Positions 10,642-19,636 of a DNA stretch of 19,636 bases are shown here, piece after piece (positions within the stretch are counted from its first letter, which is position 1; the number at the start of each line of letters is the position of its first letter). The stretch lies in NCBI GenBank assembly GCA_030141605.1, contig JAQGDQ010001947.1:1-19636 (forward strand), given 5' to 3'. The notes beneath the pieces were generated by a model. It saw only the letters and a list, made by a program, of their open reading frames with translations, was not told where the DNA came from and did no database searches. The position numbers and the translations under genes were made by a program. Source of the stretch: Tubiluchus corallicola (Eukaryota > Animalia > Priapulida).

Positions 10642-11269
10642 TTATCAATAGTAAAATGGTGATAATGACGCTTATGTGATGTCGCCATCACTGTTATTGT
10701 CGCTTTGGTTATCACTTTTTGTTGTTGACTTTGTTGCCGTTCTGTATTGCAAACAAGTCACAATCCTAACCTCTCAAAACCTTTAATGTTATTTTTTGAA
10801 ATAATAAAATCAACTGTCGCACAACTTTATCATAAAAACCTGCAGAGTTCTGACATGGTAACCAGCAATACAGTCAAAACAAAAAGTCACAGAACAAGTT
10901 ACATAGGAAAAAGTCACGACTAATGGCTAATGAAAAATGGCTAAGTCACATAATCAAACAAATTGTTCAAGTCAGTCAGAGTTTATTTATTTATCATAAA
11001 CAATTAAAGTAAAAACTAGCACAAAATATTTTAAGTCAAATACGAACTGGTAATGCATGACTTGTTTATATTGACAACACTGTTTAGATATGATGGCATT
11101 ACATGTACAGTATGAAGGAAGTAGTCACGTTTTGCTCAGTATCTGAGGGTTATATATTTGGAAATAAGTATTGAACTACTTAAATTGTTATTACTCTAAA
11201 CTATATCCTAAACGACATTATTATTATTACTTCTATTATTATTAATACATTATAATTAATTTCGCTGGT

Positions 11270-12113
11270 ATTATATATATATATATATATATATACACCA
11301 TTCCATAAAACTGATAAAACCTCTCCATGAGTTCTATATATATATATATGGAGAGGTTTTACCAGTTTTATGGAATGCCTATAATGGTGCCGTCGTCGGA
11401 GCTGTAGTAGCCTCGTTGGCTATATATACACCCATATATATATATATATATGTAAACATTTATATATAGACGTCCAATGAGGCTACAGCTCCGACGACAG
11501 CGCCATTGTAGGCGTTCTATGCGTCAATCGATCCACAGGTTCACAGCTGGGGGTTCATCATTATTATCATTATATATATATATATATACGCATTATGTGT
11601 TATGTATTATACTTGAAAACATTCTACACCAATATGCCAGCAGTGTTGTAACACAAGCTAAACACTTGATATAACACAAATGTTCAGGCTTATTCAAATA
11701 CTGTCAGACAATGCTTAGGATATACAACGTAAATATTGTAAATACAAATACTTCTCATATAGTCAGTGTTGTCTGAGTACGTAATCGTTTATTTAAATCT
11801 CACCTCTAATAATTATTTTTCTGTTCTGGTTTGCAAAAAAAACTTTAAATTTGGCATCTTTTCGTTGGTTTACTGCCTACGATCATATTCATCACTACCT
11901 GAACCGATAAAAAGATATAAAAAATGTATATACATCTATGAAAACAACATCTATATATTGTCATATATATATATAATAATAATAATAATGATAGTAATGA
12001 TGAACCCCCAGCTGTGAATCTGTGTATCGAAGGCTTTCGTTTGACGCATAGAGTGCCTACAATGGCACTGTCGTCGGAGCTGTAGCCTCGTTGGTTTTAT
12101 ATATATATATATA
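11270..12113. mobile_element. Cluster of inverted-repeat (TIR-like) modules embedded in (TA)n tracts
   Basis: The ~45-bp module GCCTA(T/C)AATGG...GTCGTCGGAGCTGTAG(TAG)CCTCGTTGG occurs three times: 11377-11419 (+), from 11474 (-) and ending at 12094 (+). A 30-bp inverted repeat spans 11299-11328/11348-11377. Confidence 0.7.
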
Positions 12114-12529
12114 AGTCATGATAATTGTGTATTTTGCATCTCTACCTATCTATTTTTTAAGATTTGTGCAATTATGACGCATCATTTGTAAAAATTACGT
12201 ATACGTAAGATTTAGTCAATAATGAATTCTTTCTACAAGATTCTGCTGCTTTTGTCACTTTTCCTACGTTCCTTTTTTGCACAAACAAGGCAATTTCCTG
12301 CGGTGACGTCACTTTCACGGCTGGCTGTAGATCGTCATAGAAACGTTTGTCTTTCTCATTGTGGGTTTTCGCTAAACGAATGCAAATAATTTTCATTTTT
12401 CTTTCTATTACGTCACTTAAAGAAAAGCAGAGCAATTTCGTAGTACCACATTCTTTCTGCTTATTAAAAACAATAACAAGTTTTACGAATAGAAAAAGAT
12501 TATGATCTTTCAGACCTTCATGTCACAAA

Positions 12530-13184
12530 ATGAATCCATTCTTGACGTCCTTGTGCATTTTATCATCACTTGCTGCCTGTACATCAGAGTTTTTGGATGT
12601 GAAAAATCCTCTTCCGACCAGCCTCGTGTCATTACACAAAAGCACTCCCAGCAGCAATGATGCTGATGGAGGAGATTCCACTGTCTACAAACAAACCTGT
12701 GACGTTTATTCTATTAATGCTACAAAGAAAGAGTTGACGGAATGGACTTCAAACCTAGAGGGACCAATCACACGCCTTTGCATTAGTTTTTACAAGAACT
12801 ATGAATTACCGAAAAAGTTTTTGAAAGGATTAAAGTTGATTACAATACGCCTGAGCATAAGTCACACCCGTCTGCAATATCTTGGGAAAGATGCTATTTA
12901 TGGTGATATCCAAAACCTCTCCATAAGTTTTAATGACAGACTTACGTTTATACATAATAAAGCGTTTAGTCAACTGACCAAACTACGTGCAGTTTATGTT
13001 AGTAGCAATGCCTGCTTGTTAAAACTTGACTTAGATTTATCAGTACATAGGCAGTTTGTTCTCCTGAATGTTACCAACAACAGGATAGAAAAAATGAAAA
13101 TGCCGAGGTTTTATGCCAAGGATGACCAGTACCCACTACGTGACCCTCAGTTTTACCATCAATTGGTGACCGTAATATTACTTG
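12530..13184 (+). CDS. Leucine-rich-repeat protein, first coding exon (signal peptide + LRRs)
   Basis: Hydrophobic N-terminus MNPFLTSLCILSSLAACTS. LRR-like units: IQNLSISFNDRLTFIHNKAFSQLTKLRAVYVSSN, LLNVTNNRIEKM and LVTVILLG. Consensus donor G|gtgagt at 13184/13185 and upstream acceptor ctttcag at 12513. Confidence 0.88.
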
Positions 13185-13571
13185 GTGAGTACGTATCGAT
13201 TCATACCAGCGTAAAGCAAAATTTTTATCTATTTTTTAAATAAACTTGTTAAATACTGAAAATGCAGAAAGCAACAGAACTTATTTTGCTATGATAAAGT
13301 TTACTTGTATATTGGCCGTTCCAAATTCGCAAATTTCCAAATTTCTTCGAAAATGGAGGGTTAAAAGTTTTGTTAAATGTTTGTTTTCACTCGTCACAGA
13401 CTACGGGTAAATATACGTACCCGTCAGGAAGGAGTACCTTATGCAAAAATTTTTTTCTGTCGTAGAAATCAAAATTTCTAACTTCAAGTAAGATAAACTT
13501 CAAGAGGGCAATTTTCTCCAGGTGTATTTACTTTTCTAATTGGTATGCACCCTTATTCGTCTTAAGAGTGA

Positions 13572-14392
13572 TTTTAGAAAACTTTTGTCACAGAGGAAAA
13601 TCACTTTCTTGACGCTCTTGTTGCTTAAGGTCAGAAATCTTGAATTCTTTAACAAAACAGTCACTTTAGAAAGCTCTTGTCACCGAGGAAAATCACTTTC
13701 TTGACGTTCTTGCTGCTTCAGGTCAGAAATCTTGAATTCTATAACAAAACAGTCACTTTAGAAAGCTCTTGTCACCGAGGAAAACCACTTTCCTGAGGTT
13801 CTTGCCGCGTCAGGTCAGAAATCTTGAATTCTTTAACAAAACAGTCACTTTGGAAAGCTCTTGTCACCGAAGAAAACCACTTTCCTGAGGTTCTTTCCGC
13901 TTAAGGTCAGAAATTTTGAATTCTTTAACAAAACAGTCACTTTGGAAAGCTCTTGTCACCGAGGAAAACCACTTTCTTGACGTTCTTGTTGCTTAAGGTC
14001 AGAAATTTTGAATTCTTTAACAAAACAGTCACTTTCGAAAGCTCTTGTCACCGAGGAAACCCACTTTCTTGACGTTCTTGTTGCTTGGGAGCAGAAATCT
14101 TGAATTCTTTAACAAAACAGTCACTTTCGAAAGCTCTTGTCACCGAGGAAAACCACTTTCTTGACGTTCTTGTTGCTTGGGAGCAGAAATCTTGAATTCT
14201 TTAACAAAACAGTCACTTTCGAAAGCTCTTGTCACCGAAGAAAACACTTTCCTGAGGTTCTTGCCGCTTCAGGTCAGAAATCTTGAATTCTTTGACAAAA
14301 CAGTCACTTTAGAAAGTTCTTGTTCCCAGAGGAAAGCCACTTTCTTGACGTTTATGTTGCTTGAGGTTAGAAACTTTGAATTCTTTGCGACA
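13572..14392. repeat. Tandem array of ~92-bp units (9 copies) in the LRR gene intron
   Basis: GAATTC recurs at 13642, 13734, 13826, 13918, 14010, 14102, 14194, 14285 and 14378. Confidence 0.95.
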
Positions 14393-14741
14393 ACGGAAAT
14401 CTTTCCATTACCTGTGAACAAATTGCAGGAGAAGATGAAAAGAGTAAAATATTTGCTTTTATCTGATGTCTAATTGTTGCGATTAGTTTTGCAGGCAGTT
14501 CTATAAAAACTTGATCCGACATAATTTAACATCTTCATTGAATATCGTTTTTTTTCGTTTTTAATATTGTGTGTTTACAGTAAATTAATAACTGGTCTCT
14601 ATAAAATAAAATTAAAAATTGATTTTAAATGTTTTACTAGTAAAGGGATGTAAGTTTAATATTTTAGTTATGTGTTGAATGTGTGATTATGTGTTGTTAA
14701 ACTAAAAACTCAATTTTTACTTAAAACATTTAATTACGTAC

Positions 14742-15005
14742 AGGCTATCTGGCTATCTGGCTTTTCTAACTGACGTATTGACTGTCTGGCTAGCTGAGTG
14801 ACCGACTGGCTGTCCAACTGACTAACTGGTGACTGGCTGACCAACTGACTAACTGATGACTGGCTGACTAAGTGACTGATTGATTAACTAATGGCTGGAT
14901 GTGTGGTTGTTTGCACTGACCGACCGTCCAGCTGACCCCCTGAATTACCACTGACTTACCAACTGACCCACAGGCCACAGACTGACCAGTTGACAAATCG
15001 CCTGA
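14742..15005. repeat. Degenerate (ACTG/GCTG)n low-complexity tract
   Basis: Repeated CTGA/CTGG/CTAA tetramers. Confidence 0.7.
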
Positions 15006-15058
15006 GTTATTTACTAACACTACTATAGTACAATTTTATGACAGTAAATGCCTTTCAG

Positions 15059-15199
15059 GAAATGAACTGATTTGTGACTGCGATCTGAAATGGATAAAAA
15101 CAGAGAAGTGGAAGCAGAGCTCGGTTGACTGTGTCTGGCCGAATGTGAAATCAGATGCTGATCTGAGCGACTTTACTGATGAATGCGCACAAATAAACG
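15059..15199 (+). CDS. LRR protein second coding exon, LRRCT cap: (G)NELICDCDLKWIKTEKWKQSSVDCVWPNVKSDADLSDFTDECAQIN
   Basis: Acceptor cctttcag; the phase 1 join to 13184 gives GN-x-x-x-CDC-x-L-x-W...C..P...C, the LRRCT consensus. The 3' boundary is uncertain, with candidate donors after 15199, 15216 and 15220. Confidence 0.85.
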
Positions 15200-15241
15200 G
15201 TTATTATAAAAATGTGGTTGGTAGTAATTTACAGGAAGATG

Positions 15242-15872
<631 letters not shown>

Positions 15873-16616
15873 GGAAGATGTAGATTGAATTTGTTGCGCT
15901 CACGTATTTTATTAATGCAGGCAGACATTAGAAGGAAGGCCAAACGTTCCAGGAATCTGTGCTTATTTCAATGTTCGCAAAAAATGCTAGAAAGATTTAG
16001 CAATAAAAAATAACAGTGTGCACCCCTTGTATTTAGTAAAATCAAAATTAGTGTAATTTAAAGTGATCATTATTTTTCGTGTTTGGACGTTCCTTTTTAA
16101 ACAACGTTCTTCCACTAATGGCGACCGAAAAAAGCGAAGCAGTACTTCTTTAATTGCTGACAAAAGTTTAGTTAGTTTTCAAACAAGTTTCTGATAATTG
16201 CTGTGAACATTAAACTAGCTGCAGAAGTTTGTAGTAGTTCAAGTTGCGTATGTTTAATGAAAACCAAGATGCTCTTACGAAAAGTCACAAATTCCACCAG
16301 TTACGTCATAACTTTTGCGTGAAAGGCGGGAACCACGCAGCTGAAATTTTCTGTACTAATCAACAGTATGGTATTAGTATCAGCGATAGTATTATCAACA
16401 AAACTTGTGTAAATTTCTTCTACGTTTTTCAAAGTGGTAACAGTAAAATATGCACACAACGAGTTAGTGACTGGTCCTTTTCTTTAAGCAAAGAGGACAG
16501 TTTTTACAAATCGGTAATGCATGTTTTATTGGTTGACGATTGCTTCGGCTGTTGAAGACATTATCAAACTATAAATCACACCAAAAAGAAGAATAATTAA
16601 AACATCAATGACACAA

Positions 16617-16773
16617 AGGCACAAACTGAAACTGCAAAACAACAGATTAGAATTTAACAATAACAAAATAAACTAGGTTGCAACGGAAGAAGTTGCAAAG
16701 AATTCCCAGCACATCCGGTTTATTTTGATAAGTCAAATTCTACTCTGTAATTTTGTAGTTTCAGTTTGTGCCT
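16617..16773. mobile_element. Small palindromic MITE-like element (~60-bp imperfect arms)
   Basis: AGGCACAAACTGAAACT...TAGAATTT...CAAAATAAAC is mirrored by GTTTATTTTG...AAATTCTA...AGTTTCAGTTTGTGCCT. Confidence 0.7.
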
Positions 16774-17423
16774 GTGAAAGTCATGTATGAAGTTGTAGAT
16801 CACTCACTTTGTAGAACAAGAATAAACAACTATACTACATATCTGCACAAAACTGAAAAGCGTTTATTAGACTACATACACATATGCAGAATGACTGCTA
16901 CACTGCACACTGAGAACAAGATTGTCCTGCACTGATCACTGAGAGTTAGACAGTGACCAGAAAGTAAATCCAGTCAGTATATATAGGTATAGGTGATTAC
17001 GCAAACTTGGCTTCACAAAAACCATTACTGTAAAATAGGGAGAGATCCAGTGAGTATGCATTCACTGCACCGTACAATTATACTGGGGGTGGGTTTAGCT
17101 AGTAAAATGAAAAGGATTAGTTCATAGATGGCAGCACCTAAAAATATACAATTACAACTTCCACACTACCTTTGTATCATTAATGTATTATTTATTATTC
17201 ATCTTGGTTCGATTTATAGTTTGATAATGTGTTCAACAGCCGATATAATCGTCGCTGAATAAGCACATTGATTCCTAGAAACTGGCTCTTTGATGTATTA
17301 AATCGATAACAGATTTCGTAGTTATTGGTAGATCAATAAAATCGTTTAAATTATTCTGCTTAGGACGCATTTCATTTCTTTTTCTTGCTTAATGTAAAAT
17401 TTATGAGTGATGTTTATGAGCTG

Positions 17424-17764
17424 TGTCGTATAGTGGTAGTACTTGTTGGTGGATTATTGAGGAGGCCGCAGCCGTTTATTGACGTGAGGTGGTGACAAAG
17501 CTATAAGATCTGGATTGATGAGCGACTAACACATTTATTTCACAATAATATATTACATGGTAAAATACATATCATAGCTCTGCCAAACCGCCCATGACCT
17601 GTTCTTGCTTCTTCGAGATCCCCCCGTGGTCTAACCGTCTCATTCCACTTGGCTTCCTTCAGCTTTTTGGACTCACAGCGCATGCGTTATAATTGTTGCC
17701 AGTATGACAATTCAGACGAGCAATGTCCATATATGGAACTCTCAGCAGATCTAGTCACATGACA
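17424..17764 (-). mobile_element. Probable solo LTR (341 bp)
   Basis: TGTC...GACA termini and a 4-bp TSD GCTG (17420-17423, 17765-17768). Minus-strand AATAAA signals and a CArG-like CCATATATGG lie inside. Confidence 0.65.
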
Positions 17765-17886
17765 GCTGCACCTAAAATCATGGCTTCATTTCTACACATC
17801 TCTCATATCCCCTTATAGAGTCGTTTCATTACTGAACTACTAATACTAATCATACAATTAGCATCTTCTCTTTACTCTTAATGTAG

Positions 17887-17928
17887 GTCCAGCGAGCCGT
17901 CAGCGTCGAAGTGAAGACAAGGTAGCAG
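17887..17928 (+). CDS. Possible 42-bp exon of the LRR gene: (G)PASRQRRSEDKVA(G)
   Basis: Pyrimidine-rich acceptor cttctctttactcttaatgtag and donor CAG|gtaact. It is a symmetric phase 1-1 exon, compatible with phase-1 donors of the LRRCT exon. Confidence 0.45.
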
Positions 17929-18216
17929 GTAACTATTCTCCCATTTTTGCCTGATTATTGCCTTGCTATAAACAGTAAGCCCGTTTGGTTAATAAAACTG
18001 AAATGAATTAAAGTAAATATTCGCTTCTCGCCATTAGATTACAAAAGATTCGATAACCGCGTACGGCATTTGCAAAAACTGAAATGGAATAATACGGACA
18101 AACTGGACTTAATAGGGACTGTTTTAAACAATCAGTGTACTATTTTGATTTCACATGCTCGTTAATTTTAATGTGAAGTTGTCCAATGATCTGCCCTACG
18201 TAAAACCTGCAGCATC

Positions 18217-19636
18217 CAAGTTGTTTACAAGTTATATACAAATTATATAAAAATTATATACAAATTATATATAAATTATATATAAATTATATACAAGTAA
18301 TGACAAGCAAGTTATATACAAGTTATATACAAGTTATATACAAGTTATATACAAGTTATATACAAGTTATGACAAGCAAGTTATATACAAGTTATGACAA
18401 GCAAGTTATATACAAGTTATATACAACTTATGACAAGCAAGTTATATACAAGTAATGACAAGCAAGTTTTATACAAGTTATATACAAGTAATGACAAGCA
18501 AGTTATATACAAGTTATATACAAGTTATGACAAGCAAGTTATATACAAGTTATATACAAGTTATGACAAGCAAGTTATATACAAGTTATATACAAGTAAT
18601 GACAAGCAAGTTATATACAAGTAATGACAAGCAAGTTATATACAAGTTATATACAACTTATGACAAGCAAGTTATATACAAGTTATATACATGTTATGAC
18701 AAGCAAGTTATATACAAGTTATATACAAGTTATATACATGTTATGACAAGCAAGTTATATACAAGTTATATACAAGTAATGACAAGCAAGTTATATACAA
18801 GTTATATACAAGTTATGACAAGCAAATTATATACAAGTTATATACAAGTTATGACAAGCAAGTTATATACAAGTTATGACAAGCAAGTTATATAAAAGTT
18901 ATGACAAGCAAGTTATATACAAGTTATATACAAGTTATATACAAGTTATATACAAGTAATGACAAACAAGTTATATACAAGTTATATACAAGTAATGACA
19001 AACAAGTTATATACAAGTTATATACAAGTTATATACAAGTAATGACAAGCAAGTTTTATACAAGTTATATACAAGTAATGACAAGCAAGTTTTATACAAG
19101 TTATATACAAGTAATGACAAGCAAGTTATATACAAGTTATATACAAGTTATGACAAGCAAGTTATATACAAGCAATGACAAGCAAGTTTTATACAAGTTA
19201 TATACAAGTTATGACAAGCAAGTTATATACAAGTTATGACAAGCAAGTTATATACAAGTTATATACAAGTTATGATAAGCAAGTTATATACAAGTTATAT
19301 ACAAGTTATAACAAGCAAGTTATATGCAAGTTATATACAAGTTATAACAAGCAAGTTATATACAAGTTATATACAAGTTATGACAAGCAAGTTATATACA
19401 AGTTATATACAAGTAATGACAAGCAAGTTATATACAAGTTATATACAAGTTATATACAAGTTATGACAAGCAAGTTATATACAAGTTATATACAAGTTAT
19501 GACAAGCAAGTTATATACAAGTTATATACAAGTTATGACAAGCAAGTTATATACAAGTTATGACAAGCAAGTTATATACAAGTTATATACAAGTTATGAC
19601 AAGCAAGTTATATACAAGTTATATACAAGTTATATA
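18217..19636. repeat. Compound minisatellite of CAAGTTATATA (11 bp) and CAAGT(T/A)ATGACAAG (14 bp) units, modal period 36 bp, running off the window
   Basis: Seen directly; it accounts for the repetitive ORFs at 18394-19466. Confidence 0.97.

Noticed and set aside
13185-13243. 3' end of the 237-aa ORF
   Set aside because: It is intron read-through past a consensus donor; splicing to 15059 restores the LRRCT motif.
7884-14392. CRISPR-like appearance of the regularly spaced arrays
   Set aside because: The whole unit is repeated with no unique spacers, the context is eukaryotic and no cas genes are present.
18394-19466. Repetitive TSKLYTSYIQV ORFs
   Set aside because: They are minisatellite translations.

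Overview
AT-rich eukaryotic genomic DNA from an invertebrate animal; the 5S sequence looks lophotrochozoan, which is an inference. It holds two spliced genes pointing away from each other. On the minus strand are the 5' exons of a trypsin/chymotrypsin-family (S1A) serine protease, with activation site R|MIGG and the [14 protein letters not shown] motif; the gene continues beyond position 1. On the plus strand is a signal-peptide + leucine-rich-repeat + LRRCT gene (12530 onward). Introns and the intergenic region are full of repeats: five tandem arrays (22-, 109-, 98-, 92- and ~36-bp units), microsatellites, a hAT-type MITE with an 8-bp TSD, a solo LTR with a 4-bp TSD and several fold-back elements. 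The most notable element is a ~500-bp composite at 7238-7735. It has a full-length 5S rRNA head lacking a Pol III terminator, a structured GC-rich body and an RTE-LINE-like 3' tail, so it is a candidate 5S-derived (SINE3-type) bipartite RTE SINE. Most long ORFs in the supplied track are artefacts of tandem repeats.
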